From NCBI RefSeq assembly GCF_006345805.1, contig NC_043004.1, positions 45,632,001 to 45,696,000 of the forward strand: DNA of 64,000 nt, read 5' to 3'. Shown piece by piece: positions 25,461 to 39,607 of the stretch (positions are counted from its first letter, which is position 1; each line of letters begins with the position of its first letter). The stretch is from Octopus sinensis (taxonomy: Eukaryota). The position numbers were made by a program, and so were the translations under genes. Under the pieces are notes generated by a model. It was not told the origin of the DNA and did not search any database. It saw nothing but the letters and a program-made list of their open reading frames with translations.

Positions 25461-26267
25461 CAAAATGTAAAAAGGGGTCTCAATGGGGCTGGAGGAGGAC
25501 TAAATTTTACAGGAGCGGGTGTTCAGGAATTTTCTATTACATCAAGTTCAAAATTTTACGCCAGCCGTTAAACTGCCACTACGTTGCTGTCCGTCGTTAA
25601 GAAATGCCAGCCATTGTGACTCTACTATCCTCAGATTCTATCTCTTCAAACTTCGGTTTCCAATATTTTTTAAATTTTTGTTCAGCTCGCAATTCGTCTG
25701 TCCCTTTTAAATGTTAGTGTTTTGCTGTCTGCCTTGAAGCAGACCTTTCCGTTGTCCCTGCCTGATATTTATGATTGATCTTTCAAAATGTTATCTTTCT
25801 CAACTTACTCAAGATCTTTTGTTGTTAATAAATGGGAGAGAGTTAGATAGAGAAAGATAGGGAGTAAGAAAAAGCGAGAGAGAGAGAGAGAGTCCGATAG
25901 GAAGCGTAAGAGAGTGGGAAAGTGAGAGAGAAAGGAGAGAGAAACCAAGAGGGAGAATGTGGTGATAAAAAACAGAAAGGAAGCAACAGAAAGCAGCAAC
26001 CACACTCTTACCCGCGCGTAGAGCGGGTCACCTTAAGCCAGTATATATATATATGTAAAAAAAAAAATGGAACCGGAACAAACCAAATGTTATGTTATGA
26101 ACTTCATTAGCTTACAGGTGTTTCTGCTTTAAGAAGCGGTGGACTCTTAGTTGAGTACAGGATAACATCATAGTGTTAGTCTCGCTATGCCTAAACAAAA
26201 TATCAATATATATATATATATATACACACACTGTATATATATTTATACATATATATTTGTACAGATG

Positions 26268-26334
<67 letters not shown>

Positions 26335-26569
26335 CATATATGTATGTGTATGTAAAAAATAGACAAACTGGGACAGAACGCAAAACATTTAGAAGACGAT
26401 ACAAAAAACACGGACGGGACATTCGAAGCCTTCAGTCTTCAGTCAAGAACCGGATCATCCTCGCAATTTCGGTTGATTAATATATATATATATATGTATA
26501 TATATGTGTTATATATCTATATATATAATTATATATATATATATATAATATATATATATATATATCTAT

Positions 26570-26635
<66 letters not shown>

Positions 26636-26709
26636 TATATATATATATCTATATATATATATATATATGTATGTATACATATATTTTGTACTGATATGTA
26701 TGTGTGGAA

Positions 26710-27125
26710 ATTGGCACCGGCGTAGCTGGTGGTAAGAAGTTTGCTTCCCAGCCTCATGGTGTCGGGATTACTCCCGCTGGGTGGTATTTTGGGCCGACCA
26801 AGGATTTGTAAGCGAATTATGCTGGCTGAAACTGAAAGAAGCCTTTTGTATCTTTATATATACATATAAATATATGTGTGTGTGCGTGTATAAATATGTG
26901 TGTGTGTGTGCGTGCGTGCTTGCTTTTGTTCACCACTACCGTTCGAAAGCCGGTGTTGCTGTGTTTACGTTCACGTAACATAAGGCTTTTGCCAAAAGAG
27001 ACCGATAGAATAAATTCCAAAATAAATAAATGAATAATAGAACAAGTCAATTCGATCGACTAAATTGCATCAAGGCGGTGCCCTAGCATGGCCACAGTCT
27101 TGTGACCGAAACAAATAAACAGTAA
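26710..27125 (+). mobile_element. Family-A SINE, old and diverged
   Basis: Recognisable head (GGTGGTAAGAAGTTTGCTTCCC), central microsatellite and tail (GCATGGCCACAGTC...GAAACAAATAAA). Confidence 0.75.
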
Positions 27126-27882
27126 AGGATACACGCACACAGAAAGACAGACAGACACACACACACATGGGATATCTTTTTGTGCAATTTCTTCACAAAG
27201 AAATTAGTAAAGTTGAAACCCACGTCGATTACACATGTCTAAGGTGACAGTCACAGGGTTGCATCGAACATGGAATTATATGATTCCGAAGAGAAATGTT
27301 TAGCCTCACAGCCACACTGTATATTTTTTGTTTATTTCTTTTCTATCACAACATTTATTCCTACATTCTTATTGTAATTCTGGTGGGAAAATATGGTATA
27401 CATCAATAGTTAAATTTTTTTATAAATATTTTCTATATGCCTTGACGTTTCTATAAAAAAAAACCCAAAACGCAAAAACGAGAAAGCGACAAAAAGTGAA
27501 AAGAACATTAATGTAAATTCAAATTCACATTTTTATTTGAAGTTTTATGTCTCGAAAGATGTCCACGTGAGGGATAGATCTAGAAATGATGAACATCAAT
27601 AAAAGGGAAAGAGAAAATCCATAATTGGGCTTACATAGAAATATACTGTGGTGATACAGACGGAAGCGGAAGCTATAAATTATTCATTAGAGAGGCACTA
27701 TGAGTCAGGGTATTATCAAGAAATGCAGAGAAAAGAACTGAGGAAAAAGCTAGATATATACAGAGGCACTTTGATCTATGTGTCATGTGTATATGTGCGC
27801 ATGTGCGTGTGTGTCTATCTATCTACCTATATATTTATAAGTGTTGTGTATGTCAGTGTGTTTATATACATATATATATATA

Positions 27883-27931
<49 letters not shown>

Positions 27932-28823
27932 TAAAGCATATGAATATACATAGGTATTTGTATATTTTTGAGTGTGTGTATGTATATATGTGTGTACGGT
28001 ATGCGATATATATATATGCATACAATCATGTGTGCGCGCACACACACACACACGCACACACTCACGCACATGCAAATAAAGGTACAAAGCCAGACATGTA
28101 TGTGTACACACAATCGTACACATACATGCACTACCGCGTGCATTTACATGCTTTTAGATAAATAGACACATGACTTGTATTGCATGTGAGCATATGGGTT
28201 CTGTGTGTCTGTCTGTGTGTGCGCGTGCGTGCGTGGTTATGTGTGTTAATTTTGAATAGGTGGGTGGGATAATCTTCCTCTCCACTATTTTAGGAAAATA
28301 ATTGCCCTTCTCTATAAAACTGCGATATATTTAGTGTAACTATTCCATATCTAAACTCTTTAGTATGAAGGACGATCAAATCTTTTTGAAGCCACTTCTG
28401 AAATGCTTGACAAAAAAATCAATATCTTTTGTTTTCAGTATAATTGTGCATTGAAGTTTTCTACCCCAAAAAAAGCAAAAAAAAAAAAAAAATTGATAAA
28501 AATATCATTAAAAAAGATAAAAAGATATAAAAAAAAATGAATTGCATTGCCGTTAGGATTAATAACAGGGGAACTGTTTGTGCTGTTTGTTGGGTTAAAA
28601 TACAATAACAACTATGTTAGATCCAACAAAGAATGAAAAAGAAAAGAAAATGCCTGCCAGGTTAGTTTTAATTAAATGTGGCAAACGCGTTTCAAAAATA
28701 TCTAAATTTATCGGCAAAATATATTGAAAAATATTTCTATATATGTACATATATATATATATATGTATATATAGATGTATATATATATGTATATATGTAT
28801 ATATACATATATATAATATAGAT

Positions 28824-28888
<65 letters not shown>

Positions 28889-28898
28889 TGTATATATG

Positions 28899-28934
<36 letters not shown>

Positions 28935-28944
28935 CATGTATGTA

Positions 28945-28988
<44 letters not shown>

Positions 28989-29089
28989 AATATATATATA
29001 TATATATGTATTATATATATACATATTACACCACATATATATATTTTACAGATCTATGTGTATTCTGCATTCGTATGTATGTGTAGAAG

Positions 29090-29138
<49 letters not shown>

Positions 29139-29929
29139 ATGTATATTAGTGTGTACACTTAGAATTCCCATTTCCTATGAACAAATTCTCCTGTTTCTTG
29201 ATCAGGTGCGATCATGCTGAGGAGGTTTATTTCCCGACGCAACAACGTCAAGGGATAATATCTGCGCGGAACTACAAACAGTACTTTTTGTGAAAAAAAA
29301 CTCTGCTCCACCTGAGCGTGAACACCCAAATGACGACGTGGTATTCGAGGTAAAGATTCTGATATTAGCAAAGTAAATGAGGAATAAACCAGCAGTTGGT
29401 TTGGTGGTGGTTAAGGTTATTCTGAATGCTCTGAATAAAGTTCTGCTTAAGTAGCGTTGGACTCATAATGAAGACGAATTTACTCTATAAGGCAATATTT
29501 TATACTTATCTTCTATTTCGTCTGTTCATAAAAATATGCAACATCGGAACTGAGAACCTAGTTACTGTCTGAACTTCAAGTAATTGTAAGAGAAGGGAAA
29601 ATTTAACCTAAACAAAAATGATACAAGGTTCATCCTATGCAAATGCACTAGCAATCGGTGAGATACATATCTGTTCATATACACCGACCAGTCTATCAAC
29701 AGAACCGAAGGAGAATATTTCCAAATTGAAATATGATCTGTCGAAGCAGAAATATGACCTTTTTCATCGAATACCCGAATCGTGAAGAAATATACATTCT
29801 CAAGACAAGCAACTAATTATCGGAACGCTTTTGAGTAGGCCAGCGACAAATTAGGGACGCTAATGCCCGTTAGATCCCATTAAGCAATCATTTAGAAACA
29901 GGCGGTAGGAAAATATTTGTAATATCTTC

Positions 29930-30150
29930 AGTTTACGAAAGGTGGTAAGGTGACAGAATCGTTACCGCACCGGGAAAAATGCTTAGAAACATTTCGCCTG
30001 TCTTTACTTTATCAATTCAAATTCCGTCGAGGTCGACTTTGCCTTTCCTTGTTCGTGCAGGGTGGGGGTCGATAAAATAAGTACCAGTTGAGCAGTACTG
30101 GTACTGGTCTGAAATTGCTGATTTTGTGCTAAATTTTGAAATCAATATTT
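29930..30150 (+). mobile_element. Family-B SINE, diverged
   Basis: TCAAATTCCGTCGAGGTCGACTTTGCCTTTC...GGGGTCGATAAAATAAGTACCAGTT. Confidence 0.75.
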
Positions 30151-31008
30151 TCAGTTTACAATCTTTACGTCCGAAGTAAATTTAGACGGGTAAGACGAAA
30201 AATGAGCCCGTTCTGAATGGCCAATAATATCAAGATGAATGATCAAAATTTAATCTTACTCAAAAACTAAGAATATTGACAATATTGTTAAATCGAATTT
30301 GCACTTAATTTCTTTTTAAAATGTTTAAAGCATAAACACAGTTTATAGTATCATTTGCTTCTCAACACCTGATTTTAGCCGAGTCCTCTACAGGTGACTC
30401 CTTGGTTAAAATGAATAAGCGCTGTCGAAGACAACTATGTTACTGCATTCATCAAACCAATCATTGAGCAATTGTGCTCAATGATTGGTTATAATACTGT
30501 ATGTAACCTTTGGCCAGTTGGAACCCACAAGTAAGTATTCATAGGAAAAATTCAGTAATTTCTCTACAATTGTCGAATGTAAAGCACTTTACTTTTTGGC
30601 TAAGATTTTAACGTAAAGATTTATATTGAAATACTCTCCCATGTAATATTGAGAAAATTCAAAAATGAAATGTGAAAATCCGACTGTGTTCGAATTTGAT
30701 TGACCAGTATATACATTCATATATAGGTATTTGTACATATACTCATTTATGTACGTGCACGTATATTTTCTTAATTTCTTATGTTTTCATGATAATTTCT
30801 AGGTATTTGGGATAGTGATTTCAGCGGACATTCGTAGTCGTAGAGGAAAAAAAAACAGTCACAATATGAATTAATCTCACATGGCTATACTTTACAAGCT
30901 GATATCGGGGGCATATTGGGTTCTTTCGCTTTACGTGGGGAAAAGGTACACACAACACACACACATATATATATATATGTGTGTGTGTGTGCAGGGTGTA
31001 TGTGTGTG

Positions 31009-31035
<27 letters not shown>

Positions 31036-31040
<5 letters not shown>

Positions 31041-31328
31041 AGCGTCCTTTGCTCATGAATGACCATGGGATTGCACCTAGAAAGTTACCATCCGAGGCAC
31101 AAGTCCGGGAAAGGACTCCTCTCTCCACACACCACCAATGTTAACCAAGGGAAAGGCAAAATCCGATACAGATTGGCACCAGTGATGTCGCAACTCATTT
31201 CTACAACTGAGTGAACTGAGGCGAAGTGAAATAAAGTGTTTTGCTCAAGAAGACAAAACACAGCCCAGACAAGGAACCGAACTCACTACCTCATAATCGT
31301 GAGCCCGATGCTCTGACCACTGAGCTAT
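31036..31328 (-). mobile_element. tRNA-derived SINE, family D
   Basis: Minus-strand head ATAGCTCAGTGGTCAGAGCATCGGGCTCACGATTATGAGGTAGTGAGTTCGG, then a CTTGAGCAAAACACTTTATTTCAC body. Confidence 0.8.
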
Positions 31329-31372
31329 ATATACATAAATACATACACACACACACATATACTTACATACAT

Positions 31373-31588
31373 AATCTTTTCTACTGTAGGCACAACGCCC
31401 GGAATTTTTGGGGAGGGGCTAGTCGATAGGATCGACCCCAGTATGCAACTTGTACTTAATTTATTGACCCCGAAAGGATGAAAGGCAAAGTCGACCTCGG
31501 CGGAATTTGAACTCAGAACGTAAAGACAGACGAACTACCGTTAAGAATTTCGCCTGGCGTGCTAACGTTTCTGCCAGCTCACCGCCTT
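31373..31588 (-). mobile_element. tRNA-derived SINE, family B (well preserved, full length)
   Basis: Minus strand AAGGCGGTGAGCTGGCAGAAACGTTAGCACGCC...GAGTTCAAATTCCGCCGAGGTCGACTTTGCCTTTCATCCTTTCGGGGTCAATAAATTAAGTAC...TAGAAAAGA. The central block resembles the Meta-SINE-type conserved domain (from memory, not aligned). Confidence 0.9.
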
Positions 31589-31732
31589 ATACATACATAG
31601 ATAATACAATCAGAAATACCCTGTTGTTAATGTAGAAATTGCAATGAAGGAGCCTTGGATCTAGGTTAGAAATCGGCTCTTTCTCTATTGGTAAGAAATC
31701 TTGAAATAAAATTGAACAATGACATATATACA

Positions 31733-32412
31733 TATCACTGATATCTGTGATAATTCGTTTTCTGGCCTTGGTGATTGATCTATGCACCAACTTACTCATA
31801 CAGGAAAGAGACCATATCTCTGTGATATGTGTGGTAAATCATTCTCAGAGAAAGCCTAATAAATCACATGTATATTCATTCAGGAGAGAAATCATTTCTC
31901 TGTGATAACTGTAGTAACCATTCCCTCAAAGAAATGGTCTAACTGGGCACAAAAACATTCATACAGGAGATAAACTATATGACTGCAACATCTGTGGGAA
32001 ATATCATTCTCTGTAGGAAGTGAGTTAGACACAAATCCATTGATATCGGAGAGAGTCCATAATATTATGATGTCTGTGGTAAATATTTCTCTCATAAAGG
32101 TAACTTAACTACGTCTAAATGTATTCATTCGAGAGAAAAAGCACATGAGTATGATGCCAACGATTCTGTGAGAATGCTAACATGACTATACATGTTTATA
32201 TTCACACGGGAAAGAAACCGTATTACTGTGATGTGGATGATAAATCATTCTCTCATGCAGAAAACGTAACCATGCGTAAACATTTCTGGAAGCAGTAGGT
32301 TGAATAGACAGAAACGTAGTCATGCAGAAGAGAAACCACATCACTGTAATATCTGGTGAAACCTTACAAGTAGATCACTTAATTACCCACAAACTCAGTC
32401 ATACAGGCAAGA
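31733..32412 (+). pseudogene. Decayed tandem C2H2 zinc-finger array (about 8 fingers)
   Basis: [104 protein letters not shown]. It carries multiple stops and frameshifts. Confidence 0.9.
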
Positions 32413-34874
32413 ACTAACATCTCCGACGAAGTCAAGCTATTATAGTATGGATAGCAAAAACAGTGAAGGAACACAGCATATCAGTGGGCCAGAGGCCAAA
32501 CCAAATCGGTGATGGATTAAATTCCACTTAGTTTCATGGCCATTCTCCTGATGCAATCAAAAATGCCTTTATGCGTAGCAGAATCAATTGCAAGCCTCAT
32601 AGGAGCCCTTTAGAGTGCCAACCGTTGAGAACTGAATTAATTTTTGACTCTCAACTGAGGCACCAATTTTGGGATGCTGCTTTAGCTGTGTTAAAGACGT
32701 GCTTGGGCCAAGGGAGATCCTGAATGGGAGTAGGGTATTTAGAACGACTTTGAGGTTCTTAACTGAGCGTTGCTCATGTTAAGTGGGGAAACGGTACTTG
32801 GAAAATTTTGCTGTTGTTTGTCATGGACACACTGAAGAATATGTTCAAGGTCACTGTGTTTGTATGTTTATATATGTATATATGTATACATGCATGCCTG
32901 CACCGCCGTCTTTTCTATGACATCCAAGAGATTTACAACTTTTCAAGAGGTGGTCGTACTTGAGCACAAGTCGATTCCCAACTTGCACTTATACAAATGT
33001 TCACACATACATGTTTATATGCGCATTTGTATATTAAACGCGCACACATACATACAGACATGTATGTGAGTGCATGGATGCGTTGAGAGACTGATTTATG
33101 GATGAATGGGTGGATGGGTGGACGGATGAGTATATGCATAGATAAGTATGCATACATACAACTGGACGCCACATCTTAGGATGTCTGTGTAGTAGAAACA
33201 CCTGTCAGACTGAGATTTAACGTGAATTTATTGTATATAATATTGTAATAAAAATGCTTTTGTGTTTGTATAATTGCCCATTCTTATTTTCAATGTCTTT
33301 AATATACACTCTGTATACTATCTAAAATCCAAGGAAGGGAACTCAGGATTTAACCATCGGACGAAATACAATGCAATTGTTTGCTATAAACATTTTCCCG
33401 TTTTTCTATATCATTCGATGGATTATATTAGAGAACTTGTAAGGTACCGGACCGGATTCAAAATTCCTATTTCTCTATGTATATTTATGAGGTACAAGCT
33501 GCTTTACATTTACATTTAATCCAGCGATGTTGCTACATATTGAACTAAAAACGGATGAGGGAGAACAAGTACTGAATATATGAAAAATAAAATATCGATC
33601 ACTCAAGTTAATTAAGCTTGCTAAGCTCATATTAAGTTTTATGGGATAAATGTCATTAGATAAGTCATGTTGGACTTGCCACTCGTTTAAAATTACCATC
33701 GTTAATCATTATTTAATGATTTTATGGTTCTTATTTTATGGTTATTTTTCACTTACCTCAGTCATTGGACTGCGGTCATGCTGGAGTACCTCCTCGAAAA
33801 ATGTTCGTTGAACAAATCGGCCCTAATACTCATTTATCTTATGCTATGGGCCTTTTTTTACGGAGCTCTAAGCAAACCAATACCACCCGACAAGTGGGGG
33901 TGGCGGACTAACACAAACCCAAAGACACGCATGTAGGTATATATACATACATATCATTTTATTATGTTAAATTGTCGTAAGTCCGAATTTGGCCAAATGA
34001 GTTCTTTTTAGTATTTATTTTTGGTTGCAATAGCCGGTTCTTTTTGGTCAAACTATCGTATCTCCAGTTGCTTCAGATGCCAAGATATCAAACATTCTCA
34101 AAGTGTAGTACAACGGTTTTGCTATGGAATGGTGAAACTACTTTTTCGTTTTCTGAAAAGGCAACGTTTTGGACTTACGACACTTTTGCATAATAGCAAC
34201 CTAATTAAATCCACTCACATGACTTTGGTCGACACGGGACTACAGTAGAAGACACTTAGGATTCAAATCGCAACTATGGTGTTGAAAAAGAATCTGTTTG
34301 CCTCTCAGCCATGCCTGCATCTAGGTGACATCTGTGACCGTAATTACTTTCAGTAAATATCGTACATAGTATAATAAGAAAATTAAACTAAATATTTTAT
34401 ATGAAGGCTTTAACCAAAGATATTACATGAATATTTGAAAATATTGCTTAAATATATTAATCGAAGATATTAGATGATCTAACGTAAGCAAAGAACGTGA
34501 ATAAGTCAAATGGAGATATTACATGGAAATATAACATGGAGATATGAGGTAAAGATATTAGAGGAATATCTCACATATATCATTATTATGAATCCATCTC
34601 TCTGCCTTTCACTCATCTCTTTCCCACTGTTTCTCCCCTTCGTCACTGCCTCTGTCACTTCTGATAGTCTCTGTTCCTTCCCTCTCTATTTTTATTTATT
34701 TCCTCTGCATGCACATCCACGGTAATTAGCTACTATGCCAGTTTCTCTAATTCTGTATTACATTGGAACACTGACGGACTGTTTAGTTAGTTGAACATTG
34801 AGTTGAGGTGTACTCAAGTTAAACTGCTCTCCACGTACATGTGCTTCTTTTTTCGGATATATGAAGTACAGACG

Positions 34875-34988
<114 letters not shown>

Positions 34989-34998
34989 GTATATATAT

Positions 34999-35526
34999 AG
35001 GAGTGGCTGTGTGGTAAGTTGCTTGCTTACCAACCACTGGTTCCGGGTTCAGTCCCACTGCGTGGCACCTTGGGCTAGTGTCTTCTACTATAGCCTCGGA
35101 CCGACCAAAGCCTTGTGAAGTGGATTTGGTAGACGGAAACTGAAAGAAGTCCGTCGTATATATGTATATATTATGTGTATGTATATGAGTGTGTATGTTT
35201 GTGTGTCTGTGTTTTCCCCACCATCGCTTGACACCGATGCTGGTGTGTTTCGTCCCCGTAACTTAGCGGTCGGTAAAAGTGACCGATAGAAACTGAAAGA
35301 AGCCCGTCCATTATATGTATATATATATATATATCGTGTGTGTGTTTGTCCCCCTAGCATTGATGCTGGTGTGTTTATGTCCCCGTTACTTAGCGGTTCG
35401 GCAAAAGAGTACGATAGAATAAGTACTGGATTACAAAGAATAAGTCCCGGGGTCGAGTTGCTCGATTAAAGGTTGTGCCCAGCATGGCCGCAGTCAAATG
35501 ACTGAAACAAGTAAAGGAGTAAAAGA
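34999..35526 (+). mobile_element. Family-A SINE with duplicated central module (chimera)
   Basis: The segment AACTGAAAGAAG...CTTAGCGGT...GATAGA occurs twice, with different substitutions. Confidence 0.85.
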
Positions 35527-35635
35527 TTATATATATATTATATATATATTATATATAAATTATATATGTGTGTGTGTGTGGTATATAATATTATATATAT
35601 AATATAATATATAATTGTATATATCTATTATATTA

Positions 35636-35694
<59 letters not shown>

Positions 35695-35715
35695 ATGTAT
35701 ATATAATTGTATATA

Positions 35716-38607
35716 TGAAAAAACAAGTCAAAAATAGAAAATGCTAAACTAATTTTATAGTGAACATTTCAGTACCGGTTTCGGTCATTTTGAGACCTTT
35801 TTGAGACATGTGATTTATTAGGCTTTCTCTGAGAATGATTTACTACACATATCACAGAGATATGGTCTCTTTCCTGTATGAGTAAGTTGGTGCATAGATC
35901 AATCACCAAGGCCAGAAAACGAATTATCACAGATATCAGTGATATGTATATATGTCATTGTTCAATTTTATTTCAAGATTTCTTACCAATAGAGAAAAAT
36001 TTTAGAAAAATTAGAAGAAAAGTTTTTTTAAAAGAATATTTCTATAGTAGTGTTCAGATTTAGTGGCATTCTGCCTTTCTCTGACTCCCCTTGTTTGCAC
36101 TTGTGTGTCGGAGGTCGTTGTGAGTTCTTGGAAGGGTAGTAAAGGAAGAAGGCTGGTGGGGAAAGGGGGATGGGAGAATCTGGGAGTGCCCTGATGGTCG
36201 TATTTTTGAATGGTCAGTGGCGGGCTGGCAGTCTCAGTTCAATTCAGGAGAATATTTATATTGACAGGCTTGTTTATAGAATTAGCGTAGTTTTATAAAT
36301 TAGCGTAGGTGTTATACTAAAAAACATTAGTGACAAAGTTAAGGGGTAGGGGTGGAGAAGTAGAAGAAGAAGAAAGAAGAAGGAAAGGAGAAGGAGAAGG
36401 AGAAGATGACGAGATGGGTGGTGGTGGTGATGATTATGACGACGATGATGATGATAATGATGATGATGAAGAAGAAGGAGGAGAAGGAGAAGATGGTGGT
36501 GATGATGGTGGTGTGATGATGACGACGATGATTATGATATGATGATGATGATGAAGAAGAAGAGGAAGAAGAGAGAAGAAAAAAACAGAGAAGGGGCAAT
36601 ATGAATTGGTTTGTAGTATAGCTGAAGGGGCTGATTAGTAATGGATTCTATGGAGTGTAATATTTGTGTGTATATATATTTTTTTCTTTTATTCTAAAGT
36701 TGAGGTATTTAATTGTTTGTCGTAGACCCGTTTAGAAGTGGCTTGTATTTTGTAATAAAGATTTTTCTTTACTTATTCGTTGTCTCGAGGTTGTATCGTC
36801 CCTAAATTGGTAGAGGGGGGAAAATTCTGAAGTTTGGTGTTTTTTTTGTTGGCGCAAGTATCTATGTGTTGGCTAAAAGCTATTTTTCTGTTTTGGGGAA
36901 TTTTTATCTGGATCTGTGCAGGGCCATTCGTTTACGCAAACCATTTATTGTTTGGCCTATGTACTGCTCTGACACCCGGAGCAGGTTAGTGAGTATATTA
37001 GGTTCTCCGAAGCACATGTGAATTTGCTTTTCACTGTAAAACCGTTGTCCCTGCTTGAAGGAGAACTCTGATCCCTCAATTAGATAGTCGCATATCCCAC
37101 AATTGGGTCTTCCACATTTTTTTACTGTCGGCTTCTGTGTTGAGGAGTGAATTCGGGCTTGTGTAAGGAGACTTTTCATGGATCTAGGCTGTCTTTTGCT
37201 TTTTAATGATCGTGTGTGTTTGGGGATTGTGTTCATTCTGTGGTCTTTTTTTAGGAGGGGTATGTTGTGGGGAGGATGGTGTCGAAGGCTTCGTTATTGA
37301 GAGGGTTGTGTGTGGAGATGTATGGTAAGGCTTTTGGTTGTAAGTTTTTCTTTGATTTGGGATGTCTCAGTTCCTTGATGTTAAGTTGAAGGGCACGTTT
37401 GAATGCACTTGTCAATAGTGAAGGTGGATAGTTCCTGGTGATTAGGGTATCTTTTAGTTCTTGTAGTCGGTGTCTCTGGTGTTTGCGTTAGAGACTATAG
37501 TGCATATCCTTTTTGCTAGATTGAAGGGGATATTCATCCTGGTGTGTCTGGGGTGGCATGAATTGAATGGAAGATATTGCTTAGAGTCTGTAGGCTTATA
37601 GTATATGTCTGTTTTTATTATATTATTAGCTTTCTTAATGAGATATCGAGGAAGGGAGTTGTTGTTGGCTATATTCCATCGTGAATTGGATGTTACGTCC
37701 AGTCCGTTTAATTTTTCTGGAATTCTATGAGTTTTTCTATATTTTTATGCCAAAGGATGAAACAGTCATCTAGATATATCTTCCAGTTGTTTTCTATGTA
37801 GATGGAGAAAGGGCTTGCCATATCTTTCTAGAACCTTACGATACAGACTGATCTCTAGGTATCCTATGACTAGGTTGGCAAAGGAGGGGGACTTCGTGTA
37901 CCCATCGCAGTCCCCGATTTTTGTCGGTAGAAGTTGTCACTGAAGGCGAAGAAGTTATTTTCCCAGGATAATTTGACCCCTTCTATCACAATTCTTTTTT
38001 GATGCGGTGTGGTAGTTCGTTGGCGTGATTCTCTAGCCAGAATTGGATTGCCTCTAGTCCTAGGTTGTGGGGGTATTGGAGTAGAGTTGACTATAACATC
38101 GAAGGATACCAGTATGGTGTTTTTGTTTATAGTATTCGGTAGGTGATTGAGCATATCTAAGTCGTCCCTTATATAGCTTTTGACATGTTTTGAGGAGTGG
38201 TTTTAACAGGGTGTCTAAAAAGTTACTGAGGCGGTGGGTTTCGCATGCAGGACCTGCTATTATGGGTCTCAATTTGAGGTCATTAGGATTAGGGACTTTA
38301 ATTATTTTGTCTGTAGCTATCTTGCATGCGTTGCTTATTTTTTCACTTTTGTGGATCTTAGGTATACCGTAGAATTGGCTAGTTTTACTTGTGAAATTGG
38401 TCATATAATCATATTCTTTGTCGGTGAGCCCTGCTTTGTAGGGGTTTAATATAGATTTTAGTTCCCTCATTATTTTTTGTTGACTGTAGTTTTGTGCCTT
38501 TTCATAGTATGTTGTGTCTTCCAGCATAGAAAGTACCAAAGTTATGTAAAATGTCGTGTCCATTAAGACAACAGCACTCCCTTTATCGGCCTCTTGATTG
38601 TTAATAC
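35716..38607 (-). mobile_element. Penelope-like retroelement (RT + GIY-YIG), 5'-truncated and frameshifted, within a (TA)n tract
   Basis: ADKGSAVVLMD, QFYGIPKIHK, LRPIIAGP, LVSFDV, FYRQKSGTAMGT, YLDD (37765-37776), LPFLDI, YYKPTDSKQYLPFNSCHP, CGRPNCGIC linker and QYIGQT...RMALHRS. The Cys-rich linker suggests the Neptune group. Confidence 0.95.
35806..35997 (-). repeat. 192-bp inverted duplicate of 31680-31871 (zinc-finger pseudogene start)
   Basis: Reverse-complement alignment by eye shows one mismatch. Two ORF-track entries share the same first 40 aa. Confidence 0.95.
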
Positions 38608-38648
38608 TATATATATATAGTATATATATATATATATATATTATATAG

Positions 38649-38697
<49 letters not shown>

Positions 38698-39418
38698 CAA
38701 TAATAATATATATGTATACTAGTTATATATGTATATATATATGTATATATGTATATATATATATATGTATATTGTATATATATATTATAATATAAAGTTT
38801 GTATGAATATTTTTATCGTGTATAAACTGTTAGAGAATAAAGCATAGGTTTTTTCAATTAATCTTATTAAATGCAGTTTGCAGCAGAAAATTAACAATAA
38901 TATTGTACATTTATCACCCGTAGATTTCTCTGTGGTAACCAGACGTGAATATATAAGATTTTACAGAAAGATATTACATGTGTTTATTACATAAGATATT
39001 ACATGAATACATTCATGTAATATATTACATATAAACATGAATAAAAATAATGCACGCATACTTTACACCCAAACACATATATGTATACACACATACACAC
39101 ACACACATATATACAGGTATATATATTATATATCTATATCTATATATATGTATGTATACCCGTATACACACATACACACGCCACACTACATTATAGTATA
39201 TATATATATATATAATATATATATATATATATACACACATATATTGTGAAGGTCAAGTCGATTCTACTCTCTTAATAGAGTCACATCAACTGTAAATACT
39301 TATTTGTTATTACAAGTGCTTTAAAATAATATTTTATAACCCACACAAATACATCCACATACATACACACCCAGAAACACACGCATATATACATGAAAAT
39401 ATTACATGCATACCTTGC

Positions 39419-39521
<103 letters not shown>

Positions 39522-39544
39522 AGTCTATATGTCTGTCTGTCTGC

Positions 39545-39607
<63 letters not shown>

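Noticed and set aside
29159-29371. GC-richer patch with splice-like sites on both strands
   Set aside because: The plus-strand exon is closed in all three frames, and the minus-strand donor (GTGGAG) is weak.
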